Shown here in pieces: positions 47,828 through 60,920 of a stretch of 64,000 bases of DNA. Source of the DNA: Podarcis erhardii. Taxonomy: Eukaryota. The first letter of the stretch is position 1. Each line of letters begins with the position of its first letter. Both the position numbers and the translations under genes were made by a program. The stretch lies in assembly GCA_964252035.1 (NCBI GenBank), contig OZ176200.1; one strand, written 5' to 3'. The notes under the pieces were generated by a model. The model saw only the letters and a list, made by a program, of their open reading frames with translations. It was not told the DNA's origin and searched no databases.

Positions 47828-50800
47828 TAAGCTGCATTATTATGAATGATTTATCACAGTAGGAAGCCTTGTTGGAGAAGGAGGAAAAGATTCTATTCCT
47901 GGATTTCGGTTGCCAACATTTAGTCCTGGCGTTCTGTGCCTTTAGGATCTGCATGGTAATTTGAAATTCAACAGGCAAAGCTTTTCTCAGACCTAGAGTG
48001 CTAATTTTTTGTGTAGGTTTGCCTATGGGGTGAGATATGGTGAATAAGAAGAGCAGAGTTTCTGCACCACCAATGTGGCATTGGCTAAGAGATTTGCCCG
48101 CATCATTTAGCAAAGTGCTTTCTTGTTTCTTTTTGTTTCTATCCTTCTTACTTTATGCAGATTTATTTGACATCAGCACACTGATTCAGTTAATTAATCA
48201 GTTAAAACAACTGAATCAACTAATGTAATTGGAGCAATGCAGTAAGGGACTATTCCATTGGAAAGAAATATGAAGCAGAAATGGACAGAAAAATGCAGAA
48301 GAACTGGAGGGTGCCACTTGATACCATCTTTTCCAGGATTCTTTTTCTGGAGATTTTTACCTTTAGCAAAATCTAGCTTAGTTCATCTTCACTGCAATGA
48401 GGGTAGAATTCTAGACACTGACTTGTGCTTATAGATGGTATTTTTTTACTTGAGTTGAAGAATTTTTGCGCACACTAATTTCGCATGCAATGTTTTGTGG
48501 CGTTTCCCAGTTTGCAATGAATATGGCTTCTTCCCTCACTCTTTTTTACTGCTGGAGTGTGTTGTTCTTCCAGACCACACCGTTAAGAGTTTGGGTTATG
48601 CCCTGAATAAAAAACACTTTTGTATCCAGTGCCAAATTCAACCAAATACTGGATGGATAAAAGGCAGTATCATCAGATGCAAATATTTCCCCAACAGGAG
48701 ACTGCTTGAAAATAAACTTTATAGTGGGAAAGTATTTTGGTCTGTGTTTTCTTTGGTGCGCTCAAATTCTTGACTTCAGAATGGCTTTATAGGACAATCT
48801 GGCTTGGAATTTCTTTCCGTGGAAAAGGTTACTGCTACTTTTACTTCTTATTTTGATTCTGACTAAGTGTGTGGAAGGGATTCTTTTTATCAAGATGGAA
48901 ACCACACACTGCAGTTTTTTAAGCGCCCAGGCTCCTGTACAAGGGGATCAGCAATTGTAGCAGTGGGTTCCAGAGGCTAATTCTTGGTTGCTACAGTTGC
49001 TGGTTCTTTCCTAGGTGGTCTCCTATGACTTTAGTGGCTGCATGAGAAGCTGAAACCCAGCAGGTAGAGCTCTTCCCACCACTGTATCTGCACACTGAGG
49101 AAAAACTTCATCTGTGCTGAATTTTTGCTAATCATGCAACTGTTTAAAAGCAGAAAGGCTCTCTTGGATAATAAAAAGTAGTCGGTGCTTGCAGAGGGGA
49201 GGAAGCATGTAACAAATTAGCCAATTTACCTTTCAGTTAATCTTACATGTCTTATCTATCTTGGCTTGCATATTTCTGTGTGTGGTCAGAGATCAAAGAC
49301 ACGTAGCTGGAGTTCAAACAGCTGTAAACCTTGGAAGTTTTTCATGTGATTAGGAGGGTGCAGTCACAACTGGAATCTCATTCATTTTCTTGTAGTATAG
49401 AATTGCAAGAGCGTGCAGATATTTATCTGTTTATATAAGAAGCATTCATGCAATAAACCATGGTTGTATCACCTTGGCAGTACAGTTCACTATTGACAGT
49501 TTACCTTTAATTAGTTGATTACGCAAGTCCAAGTTAAATGACCTTTGAAGTTTGTTTCTCCCAGTTGAATAGGATCTTACCAGATCTTGGTCAGGTTTCC
49601 CAGGAAAGGGGACTAGTTTTGGGCAATGGGGATGCCATGACTGACTGTTGAGGGCAAAGTGTTCTTGCTGCCAAGTTACAGGTGGGTGGTGGGCAGACAG
49701 ACAGAGGTGCGTGGAGTGGGAGCTGCATTAGGATTGGCTGGTTGAGCAGTTGAGTGGAGAGCAGTTCCTAGAAAGGGAAGCAAATGGCTGTGTTTTGTGT
49801 CAGCTCTGACAAATGCATTGTAACCAGCAAGGCGTTGAAATTTTACTTAGTGCCAAGCTCATTGTTCATCATGTGCCCTCTCTGGACATGTGGGAAAATA
49901 TAAATGTAGAAAACAGATAACTTTACTTTGAGTCAGGAAAGGGTGGGATTCCTTTGCAGCTCCTTAAATATCTCAGTAAAGTTTCTGGATGGCAGCTCCT
50001 ATTATAGTTAGCCCTTGGACACTAAGGGCATGAAGCTTTCCTTCAGTTTGCTCTGTATTGGTTTCCTTTTGCGTTGTGAGTGTGCCAGGGCCAAACCTTT
50101 GCCAAATGGTCTCTGTAGCACGGAACTGGAGCAGCGAAGACCACCCAAGGCAGGCAGCCTTCTTACTAAGAATACCCTCAACGTCATCCCCGGGCTTCCA
50201 CTGTAACAGGCAGACTATTCCTAGCTGCTGGATGGAACATAATGAGGCTTTATTTAACTTCAATACATAGTATATTTATACACTTTGTGGCTGTTCTATA
50301 ACCTCTCCAATTGTGTCCTCCAGCAGCACGCAGTAGTACATTGATGCAGATCCCACTTGCGTCAAACATCAGCTCTGCTGAAGTTTATTTTCTCTTTAGC
50401 CTGATAAATGCAGATAGGTGCAAAAATATGCATAACCCTCAGTTTTGTTGACCACAATTGTGTGGATTAGGACATTGCCTATACACAACTGCATATATTT
50501 TTGGTAATATATTCTGATAACAAAAGTAGAAGCTTTGTTGCATTTGCAAATGTATGGCAGGGAATTAGATGACTGATGGAGACGGGAAGAAAAACCACAC
50601 ATTGTATCTGGTTTCTTTCTAATATTTTTTTTTTTTAATAATATTTATTAAAGTTTTTTAAACAATAAACAAAAAACATACATAATAACATAGTCTTTTC
50701 AAATTTCCACATTTCATTCTCCTCTTTGGACTTCCTCACATCTCTTATTCCTGCATTCTGAACTCACAAATTTTGCTAGCAAATTATTTACTTGTTTCCA

Positions 50801-50974
50801 TTCATATAATTATCCAATATTAAATCTCAAATTTTAGAATTTAAATCACACTTTTGAGATCTTAGTTTAAAATATTGTTTATCCAAAATTTGTCTTTTCT
50901 TTCAATTACATTCAAATTTATATTCCTTATTACTAATTTGTTGGAGCCGTGTTATTACAAATCTTACATCTTTC

Positions 50975-53900
50975 TTAGCATTCATACAATTTACAATGTT
51001 TTTGTAGATAATCCTTAAATTTCTTCCAGTCCTCCTCCACCAGTTCCTCTCCCAGGTCTCGGATTCTGCCAGTCATCTCAGCCAGTTCCATATAATCCAT
51101 CAGTTGCATCTGCCATTCTTCCAGCGTGGGCAAATCTTGAGTTTTCCAGCATTTAGCAATGAGTATCCTTGCTGCTGTTGTGGCATACATAAAAAAAGTT
51201 CGATCCTTCTTTTGCACACTCTGGCCGACAATGCCTAAAAGAAAGGCCTCTGGTTTCTTAGGGAAGGTATACTTAAATACCTTTTTCAGCTCATTGTATA
51301 TCATTTCCCAGAAAGCCTTCACTCTAGGGCAAGTCCACCAGAGGTGAAAGAATGTTCCTTCAGCTTCTTTACACTTCCAACATTTATTGTCAGACAGATG
51401 GTATATCTTTGCGAGCTTGACTGGAGTCATGTACCACCTATATATCATTTTCATAATGTTTTCTTTCAAGGCGTTACATGCCGTGAACTTCATACCGGTG
51501 GTCCATAACTTTTCCCAGTCAGCAAACATAATGTCCTATGTCCTGTGCCCATTTTATCATAGCTGATTTAACCGTTTCATCCTGTGTATTCCATTTTAGC
51601 AGCAAGTTATACATTATCAAAAGTGTCTTAGAGCTGGGTTCTAACAATTCTGTTTCTAACTTTGATTTTTCCACCTGGAATCCTAATTTTTTATCTGACT
51701 TAAAAGCTTCTTTAATCTGAGCATAATGTAGCCACTCTCGCACTTTCCCCTTTAGTTTCTCCATACTCTGCAACCTCCAATTGTCTCCATCTTTTTCTAT
51801 TATTTCCCAATATTTCGGCCATTTGGCCTCCATATTGAGTCTTTTCGGGGCCTTAGCCTCCATTGGTGATAACCACCTTGGGGTCTTGTTTTCCAATAAG
51901 TCCTTGTATTTTGACCAGACATTGAACACTGCTTTTCTGACAACATGATTCTTAAAAGCCTTGTGTATTTTAACCTTGTCATACCACAGATATGCATGCC
52001 AACCAAAAGCATTGTTAAATCCTTCCAAATCTAAAACATCAGTGTTTTCAAGAAGCAGCCAATCTTTCAACCAGCAGAAAGCTGCTGATTCATAGTAAAG
52101 CTTTAAGTCTGGCAGGGCAAAGCCCCCTCTTTCTTTAGCATCAGTTAGTATCTTAAACTTAATTCTGGGCTTTTTGCCCTGCCAGACAAATTTTGAGATA
52201 TCTCTTTGCCACCTCCCAAAACACTCCATTTTATCCACAATCTGCAAGGTTTGAAACAAAAACAACATTTTTGGCAATACATTCATCTTAATAGCAGCAA
52301 TGCGTCCTGACAAGGAAAGTTTCAGTCTTGACCAAACATCTAGATCCCTTTTAATTTCAGACCAACATTTTTCATAATTATCTTTAAATAAATTCATGTT
52401 CTTCGCTGTTATGTTTACCCCTAGGTATTTTACTTTTTAAACCACATTTAATTCTGTCTCTTTCTGAAACCTTTCTGATTCTGAAGAGGTCATATTCTTT
52501 TCCAAAACCTTGGTTTTTTGCTTGTTAAGTTTAAATCCCGCCACCCGACCAAACTCATAAATCAATTGCAGTACCCTTTTGGTGCTGGGCTCTGGCTCCT
52601 GTAAGGTCAGTACTAGGTCATCTGCAAATGCTTTAAGTTTATATTGTTTCACTCTGACCTGAATACCCTCCACCAACCGGTCTCCTCTGATCATATTTAA
52701 GAGCACTTCCAGGACCGATATAAATAACAAAGGGGAGATAGGACAACCTTGTCGTGTTCCTTTTTCAATATTAAACTCTTCCGTCACCACATTGTTCACT
52801 ATCAGTTTTGCCTTCTGCTCCGAGTAAATTGCCTCTATCCCATTCTCAAACCCCCGCCCCACTCCCATTCCTTCCAAGTTTTTCTTCATAAACTTCCAAG
52901 AAATATTATCAAAGGCTTTCTCCGCATCTATAAATATCAAAACTGCTTTTGTGTTGATATTTGTCTGCAAGAGTTCCAAGATATCAAAAATGTTTCTTGT
53001 GTTTGCAAACAAATGTCTACCTGGGAGAAAGCCTGCTTGGTCCTTATGGATCACTTCATTTAAGACTTTTTTAAATCTGCTTGCTAAAATGTCTGCAAAT
53101 ATTTTGTAATCCACATTCAGGAGGGAGATGGGGCGGTAATTCTTGAGTTGTGTCTTTTCGGTTTCTAGTTTAGGTATCAATGTGATGAAGGCCTCTTTCC
53201 ACAACTCTGGTGCCTTCTTCCCTTCCATAATTTCATTTCAAACCTCCATTAGTGGGTGCATCAAATAGTCTTTCAATATCTTATAATACTTGGAGGTGAG
53301 ACCATCTGGTCCTGGAGATTTGCCCAATTGCATGTTCTGAATGGCTTCTTCAATCTCTTGTTGTGTTATTTTGTAATTCAGGATAGTTCTATTTCGCAGA
53401 GACAACCTTGGTAGACCATTCTTCTTTAAAAATTGTTCTATCTCCGATTCATCTTGCGGCCCTTGTGTATATAATTGCTTGAAGTATCTCTGGAAGCACT
53501 TTCTAATTTCCACTGGGTTCTGAATATTTCTTCCTTCAATTTCTAAATTTGTTACCGTGTTCAATTTTTGTCTCTTTTTCAGCTGCCATGCTAGCAGCTT
53601 TCCACATTTATTTGCTGATTCAAAGGATCTCTGTTTCATTAGCTTGATTTTCCATTCCACTTCCTGATTTATCAGTTTGGAATATTGCGCTTGATAAAGT
53701 TTAATTTCTCTTAGAATCTCCTTTGATTTCGGTTTAGATCTTAATTTCTTCTCACCTTCTTTAATTTTCTCCAAAATCTTATCTTTTTTCTCATTCTGTG
53801 CTTTTTTCCTTATAGTGTCCTGTTGTATCAGAAACCCCCTCATAACCGCCTTGCTTGCATCCCAGACAGTTCTTTTTTCCACCGTAGTGTTCAGGTTAAT

Positions 53901-54711
53901 CTCAAAATAGTCCTTCAAAGCTTTTTGGGCCTTTTTAATAATCTCCTGATCTCTAAACAAGTTGTCATTCATCCTCCATCTGAAGGAGCCGGTTGGAGTT
54001 AGTGTCATATCCATCTTTACAGTGCTATGGTCGGAGCAGGTCTTTGGGCAGATTTCCACTTTTTTTTATCTTAGGTGCCAGGCCTCTAGTTGTCCAAATT
54101 TGGTCGATTCTTGTCCATGTCAATTGGGCTTCAGAAAAAAAAGTTCCCTCTCTTCCTAGGGGGTTCTTTGTTCTCCAAATATCGATCAAGTCCATGTTGT
54201 CAGTAAGTTCAAAGAATGTTTTAGGTAGTCTGCCTTCTTTTGTTACGTTTTGGCTGTGTGACTTATCCTTGTTAGTTGATACCACGCCGTTCCTATCTCC
54301 CATCATAATGATGTTGTCGTAGTTCAGATAGTCCAGTATTGTCTCATGCAGCTTCTTGTAGAATTCCGATTTTCCGTCATTTGGCGCATAAACTCCTAAT
54401 ATCAAAAACTTTTCTCCTTGGTTCTGAATCTCAATTGCCAGGATTCTTCCTAGTTCATCTTTGAATAGAAATTTTGGTGACAGGCTCTCTTTTGCATATA
54501 TCACCACACCTCTTTTCTTGACTCGGTCTGAAGAAATAAATTCTTGGCCTAATCTTTTATTTATTAGCACTTTTCTATGAAGCCTAGTCACATGTGTTTC
54601 TTGTAAACAAATAATGTCCAATTGTTCTTTTTTCAAAATGTGAAATATCCTTCTCCTTTTTTCCGGGATGTTGGCGCCGTTTATGTTCCAACTCAAAAGT
54701 TGCAGAGACAT
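50975..54711 (-). pseudogene. L1 ORF2 (APE endonuclease, reverse transcriptase, CCHC), disrupted
   Basis: SWNING, LQETH, YAPN, PGPDG, YRPISLLNVDYKI, DAEKAFD, GTRQGCPISP, FADD, YLG, CWKC..HLWWTC. Lesions: +1 A (~54060), TGA (53238-53240), TAA (52437-52439), and an apparent 5-nt deletion (~51535). Confidence 0.96.
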
Positions 54712-54725
54712 CCTGAATAAATCTG

Positions 54726-55743
54726 TTATTGCTCTGGTGGTGGTATCTTTTTGTCCTGGTCTTCAGGCCCCAAAGGTGTAGGTATAGATGCAGAGGATGG
54801 TCCAGCCCCTGAGGGTTCTCCAATCCCTTTCTGAAGGTCCTCTCCGTAAATATTCAAGAATTTGTCTCTGTCTTCAGCTGTTTTTATTTTCACCTTCTTC
54901 CCTCTAAACGTAAACGATAGTCCTTGTGGAAATTCCCACCTAAAAATAATTGAGTTGCTCCTCAGCAACCTTGTTAGTTCAAGGTAGGTGGATCTAAGGT
55001 CCAGAAGTTGTCTAGGAATATCCTTGTAAATCTCTGCTCTTTTGTCCAAAATTTCAAGTGACTTTCCATAGTGTAGTCCTAATATCATATCTCTTTCCTC
55101 CTTGGATCTCAAAGTAATCAAACAGTCTCTGGGCTTGTCCTTCCTTGTCAATTTCCCAAGTCTAAAGGCCGTCACAATTTTAAAGTCCTCTTCTTCCTTC
55201 AAAGGCCACCACTTAGAAAATTCCTTTGTCAAAAAGTCAGTTAAATTTCCTTGTTCAGGTTCAAGTTCTGGCACGCACCTCAATCTTAGGTTGTTTTCCC
55301 GGGCCCGAAGTTCGATCATAGACAAGTAGGTCTGCTGTTCCCCGACCTGCTTGTGGAGTGGTCTTACCTCCTGCTCCAGTGCCTCAGTTTTCTGAATAGC
55401 TTCCTCTGCCAATTTCCGGTTTTCTGCAGTGGATTCAGTTAATTTGCCAATTGCTTGTGCATTTGATGCAACTTGCTCGGTTAATTTGTTGACAGAATCT
55501 CTGGTCTGATCAATCTTAGCCGTTTGTTCATCCACTTTTTTTATCTAGGCCTTCCAATTTTTCAACTATTTTGTCTAATACTGAAGCAGATCCCCCTGAT
55601 GCCATTTCTTCTACCGGCAGCTGTTCAGCTCCCTCTAATTCGAAAACATTGGGGGCAGATGATCTTCGTGGCTGCGAAACTAAGGTCAAGGTTGCTTGCT
55701 TTTTTCCTCTAGCCGCTCTTGTTTGTCTCGCAGTGCCACTCAT
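54726..55743 (-). pseudogene. L1 ORF1 (coiled coil, RRM, CTD), one frameshift
   Basis: ORFs 55743-55528 and 55535-54726 are joined by a +1 A in a homopolymer at ~55540. RENNLRLRCVPE RRM motif and IYKDIP...FRWEFP CTD are present. Confidence 0.92.
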
Positions 55744-57571
55744 TCCAATTTTATCTGCAAGTCAAGGTCAAATTGAGTATATTCCCATGGGAATCCACAA
55801 GCCCATAAAGTAAACTTTTAGGAGGAAAAGAAACCAAAAGGAAAGTCAAGTGTAGTTGTAAATCCAAAGTCCTCTAGAGGGAGCCCACCTTTAAAATCGG
55901 GGATAAATCAAATTTATAAATCTCCTTGTTTAAATCTTTAAAGTTTTCCCCAGTTTTTGCACAGTCCAAACAGCCTTTAGTTTCCCAAAAGACCTTCAGT
56001 TTAGTTGTATTTAGCAGAGTTGGTCTCAAAAGTAACAGTGTCTCAGTAAGTGCAAAATGTAACAGTTCAGTATAACAGTTCCACTAAAGCTCAGTTAATA
56101 ATACCTTCAGCAACAAAATATCAAAGTCTTGCAATCTGACAGCTCTATTGTCCAGGCAGTCCAACTACCAGGGATTCTTTATCAATTTGTAAATCCAACG
56201 GAACAGGTATCAAACAGTTTGTATTCCAAAATAAACTTTTAGCAAGTTAAGTCCTAAAGCAGCTTAAATGGATGTAGGATGTGAGAATTGCTTGCCTTTT
56301 AACGCCTCTTCAAAGGCTCCAAGCTTCAAAGTCTTTGCTTTATATCTTTAAGCAGTGGCAAGAGACGGACTTCCTGGTTTCGTCTCTCGTTTTTAGCCAA
56401 ATTAACAAAAATTTAGCATCCCAATCTTTCTTTCCTTCTTACTCACGAGTTGTTGATTTCCAGCCGAATGGTTCCAGGAAAAGAGGACAGCGCTCACCGA
56501 TAGCAGCTTCGCGGCTTCACTCCACAGAAAGAGCGATTGACTCACAGCACCGCACCCCCTTCCACGTTCCGAGACCTCTTACGAGGTCCCTTCTACGTTT
56601 CGGGGAGCGCTCCTGGTGCCCGCCGAGTCCCACGGCCACAGGCTTACGCTGCCTGTGGTTTTCCGATGTGGGTCTCCGCTGCGCCGTAGCGGACGACCCG
56701 TTTCTGTGGAGCTCCCTCCTCGCAGTTAGAGAAGGGCAGCCATTGCCGGACGCGCCGCCTCCGGAAGTCCTGTTTCTTTCTAATATTTAATGCTTCCATA
56801 TGGCTGACTTTTTTTTTAAATAAACTGGTTGACTTGTAAAGCGCATTGATGATGAGCAAAAATTTCCCAGTGTTGATTCATTACCAATTAAAGCAACAAA
56901 TTAAACAGTACTACTTTGCATGAGAAGGATGTATATAGAACAAGATTTTATAATAAAATATATTTTATGAGAAATGCTGAGGATTTTGTTAAATGGAAAG
57001 GAATACATGAAGCATTTTAGTAGAGCAACAAATCAACCAGGTAGTTGTTCTTGATGTGTAGTCAATCTATCAAAGGTTTATGGGGCCCTTAGTAAAACCT
57101 TGTAAAATGCTGGCTTTATGGTGACTGTCTGCTCTGCCTCCCAGTCATTTGCTGGCGTCTGAAGCCTGGCAGCCTTATTTATGAGCAATTCTACATTTCA
57201 GCCCTAGTAAATTAGGCAACGTCTAGCATCAACACCCCTGGCCTGTATGCCGAGGACTGCATCTTGGAGACTAAAAAATACTGGGAGTCAGTGGAGGTGT
57301 GCTTGTCTTTCACCAGTGATTTGCAGCCACATTGGGTTACTGAGGACAAGGATTATTATAGCTCCCCCCTTCCCCCATCAAGCAGCTTTGCTGAAAACAT
57401 GAAAGATTTAGAAGAAAATCACAGATTGACCTTTTATCTGGAAATACATTTTTCCTGACTTTAATTCATTTGAGATACAAAAATATTGACCCAGAAGCTG
57501 TTTCATTAGTATTAGTATACAGTGCACCAGGTTTTTGTATGCTGAAAGGAGTTCACGTGGGAGAGTGACTA

Positions 57572-57648
57572 GAGCGAGATGAGTGCGCAACCCCAGAGTT
57601 GGTCATGACTGGACCTAATGGTCAGGGGTCCCTTTACCTTTACCTTTA
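57572..57648 (+). mobile_element. Sauria SINE 3' fragment
   Basis: gcaaccccagagt...ggtcaggggtccctttacctttaccttt tail. Confidence 0.85.
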
Positions 57649-59583
57649 GCAAGAAAGAATATGCCAGTCTTTGATAGCCATTACCTAGATGATAGGAATC
57701 AGTGCCAGCTCTACGCTCAACCACTCTCCTTGAATGAGCTCCCACTTCTGCTAATACCCATTCCCATGACCTTTCCCTTTGGGGCCCAGCCTGCCCAGCT
57801 GGCTAGAGGGGAGAGGCAAAGCAAGATGAGGCGGATGTTTCTCCTCCTTGCTCCCGCTAGCTTAGAGGGCCAGGTGAACAAGTGAAAACAGCAAAGAAGA
57901 GAAGAAACAGGACTCCAGTGGGTGGCAGTGGTTCCCTGTTGGGTGAGGGCTTCAGCAGCTGTTCTGACTCCTGACCCCAGGGGTGCCTTTAGCACCATGT
58001 CTAGTTTGGCCCTGAATCACAAGTGTAAGCAACCTTTAGAGGAAGAGATTGTTCAGGAGATGGCTCTTGCCCTAATCTACTGCAGATGGCCCTTCATCAT
58101 GCAAAGTACTCTGTGAATTCTGCATAGTTGGGGAACAAGCAAACGAGAGGTCATCCTTCTCATGGGGGGAAAGCAGCGGCCGAAACTGGATTCCCTTTCC
58201 TAAGTGACCTCAGTGGTGTGGGTCACTCTTGTGTCACTAATGCTGCTTTCCTTTGTTATATAGAGCAGCACACAGTTTGTAATGCCTTCAGAGGGATTTG
58301 CTGTTTGTTGCTCCCGATAATAGAGTACACACATTCACCATGTGAACGTCACGTGCTGTTTACATACCAGAGGACAGAGTTGGGTGTGCGCCTACTCTGT
58401 TGAAACTGGAGAAAGGTGCTTTGGTATGGTCTGCCGCAAACTAGCTGCCAACCCCTGATGCTGACCCTGATAGGGATGCATAGATTGAACACACTTTTTG
58501 AACTGAGGCAAGTTTTAGTTCGCAACAAAGGAGCTTGAGGCCACAGTTAGGTCAGTCTATGCTGTTAATTAAGTAGAGATGATTATTCAGAGTTACCACA
58601 GGAAATACTTCTCTCTCTTTTTTGTGGTGCAAAATAAATACTTAGCAAAGTGTTTTGCATTCATGAACTCAGCAGTTTTTACAACAATTCTATAAAGTAG
58701 ATGAGTACCTTAATTTCCGCACATGTGTGTGAAGCAGACAGTGGCTTGTCTAAGGCTACCCAGTGAACAGATAGTTGAGGTGAGAATTTAACCAGGGTTT
58801 CCATCACCTAGCTCTTCCTTTCCCCCCAGAATTGAGGTGTGCTCCATTAATGTGCATGACCTTTGGGTCAGGGCATAGTATGTTAAAGGGAGCAATGCCT
58901 TTTAACACTTTTTGACAGATGTAACCTGTTTGTAAAGCGAATAAATCAAAGCTGGCAGAGGGAAGAGAGACATGCCTCTGGAAGAGAAAAATTCACCGAC
59001 TCCTTCTAAGCCTTGAACTATTGAAAGAGGGCTTTTTTTGAGGGTGGGCTGTGTCCCTCCAGAAGCTGTTGGGCTCTCAGCTTCCATGAGCCCCAGCCAA
59101 CATGGACAATAGGCAGGGATTATTGGAGATCTAGACCAGCAACATCTGGAGGGCCACAGGTTCAGATCTAGATGATGCAGGGCAAGTAGCAGTTTGTGCA
59201 TATGCAACTGAAGCAGCATCTGATTGCTGGCAGTGGACTGGCTGGCTCTGCCCCACTAGAGAAAAACCCCTCCTCCCTGACCCATCTGAATGGAGTGCAT
59301 CCGTGGTCCCATTAGTACTGAATGAATCCTATGCCACAGTATGGCAGGGGAGGCAACTGCTAATGTAAGTAGCAAACATTGGTTTGGATGGAAATGGGTA
59401 CCACCACTGGCTTCCAACATAGCATAAGTTTTGTTTCTGGTGTGGCTCTTAGAATTGGTCTGCATTTCTAGCTTCTGTTGATTCTACAGTGCCTTATCTC
59501 CTCCAGCTCAGTTTTCTGGGTGAGGTTGATGGTCACCAAGAAACACAATTTTTTAGCTTTTAAGTCTTCCCTAATTCTCTTAA

Positions 59584-59703
<120 letters not shown>

Positions 59704-59845
59704 TGAGTGTGATAGAGGGGACTGTGTATAATGGATTCTAGGAGGGGTGGCATGACTGGGATATTTTGATGGCACCCCATTGCTTCCCGTGTGGATGCAC
59801 TGAGGCAGCTGTCCATAGTACTTGGTATTGTTGCCATTGAGTCAA

Positions 59846-60421
59846 TAATAATAATAATAATAATTTATTATTTGTACCCCGCCCATCTGGCTGGGTTTCC
59901 CCAGCCACTCTGGGCGGCTTCCATAAAAACCAGAAATACACTAAAATATCACAGATTAAAAACTTCCCTGAACAGGGCTGCCTTAAGATGTCTTCTGAAT
60001 GTCAGGTAGTTATTTATCGCTTTGACATCTGATGGGAGGGCGTTCCACAGGGCGGGCGCCACTACCAAGAAGGCCCTCTGCCTGGTTCCTTGTAGCTTAG
60101 CTTCTCGTAATGAGGGAACCGCCAGAAGGCCCTCGGCGCTGGACCTCAGCGTCCGGGCAGAACGATGGGGGTGGAGACGCGCTCCTTCAGGTATACTGGG
60201 CCGAAGCCATTTAGGGCTTTAAAGGTCAACACCAGCACTTTGAATTGTGCTCGGAAACGTACTGGGAGCCAATGAAGGTCTTTCAAGACCGGTGTTATGT
60301 GGTCTCGGCGGCCGCCCCCAGTCACCAGTCTAGCTGCCGCATTCTGGATTAGTTGTAGTTTCCGAGTCACCTTCAAAGGTAGCCCCACGTAGAGCGCATT
60401 GCAGTAGTCCAAGCGGTCCAA
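59846..60421 (-). mobile_element. 5'-truncated L2-clade LINE
   Basis: RLDYCNALYVGLP..LQLIQNAAARL..HITPVLKDLHWLP, (TAT)n tail, and a probable TSD gagtcaa (59839-59845, 60422-60428). Confidence 0.9.
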
Positions 60422-60629
60422 GAGTCAAGTGCATTATTCAGCTGCTTGACTGCGCCTGCTTTGAAAACAATGGGATACCACTGACACATTTAATGTATAC
60501 CACAGACAAGTGTTTCTCTTTCTTTTGGTGGATGCACTTTGTTTTGCTGCTTTGCATTTGGTTTGAGGTGACTTGTCCCTATTTTGTGGAGACCATAGCT
60601 CAAGACAATATTATTCCCTTTCACTTACT

Positions 60630-60920
60630 AATTTATTAAAGTAATATATTGCCATTCATCTGAAGATCTCAGGGCAGTTCACAACATAAAAATACAAAAT
60701 AAAAACACAAAATGCATAATAAAAACAAAGCAAAGCAATGACCCCTCCTTCCTACAAACACATTTAAAAGGACAAAGAATATTAATCAGCCCAATGCCTG
60801 GTTGAAGAGGAACATTTTTGCCAAGGGCCTAAAGATGTATAATGAAGGTACCAGGTGAGCCTCCCTTGGGAGAGCATTCCGCAAACAAGGAGCCAATGCA
60901 GAGAATGACTGCTGGTCCCA
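60630..60920 (-). mobile_element. L2-clade LINE 3' fragment
   Basis: Similar to 41761-42205. Confidence 0.65.

Larger units (their letters stand above)
50628..56771 (-). mobile_element. Full-length LINE-1 (~6.1 kb), antisense in a SLC25A22 intron
   Basis: 17-bp TSD gtttctttctaatattt (50611-50627, 56772-56788) at a TTT/AA endonuclease-type site. CpG-rich 5'UTR, ORF1, 14-nt spacer, ORF2, 3'UTR and poly(A). Confidence 0.97.
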
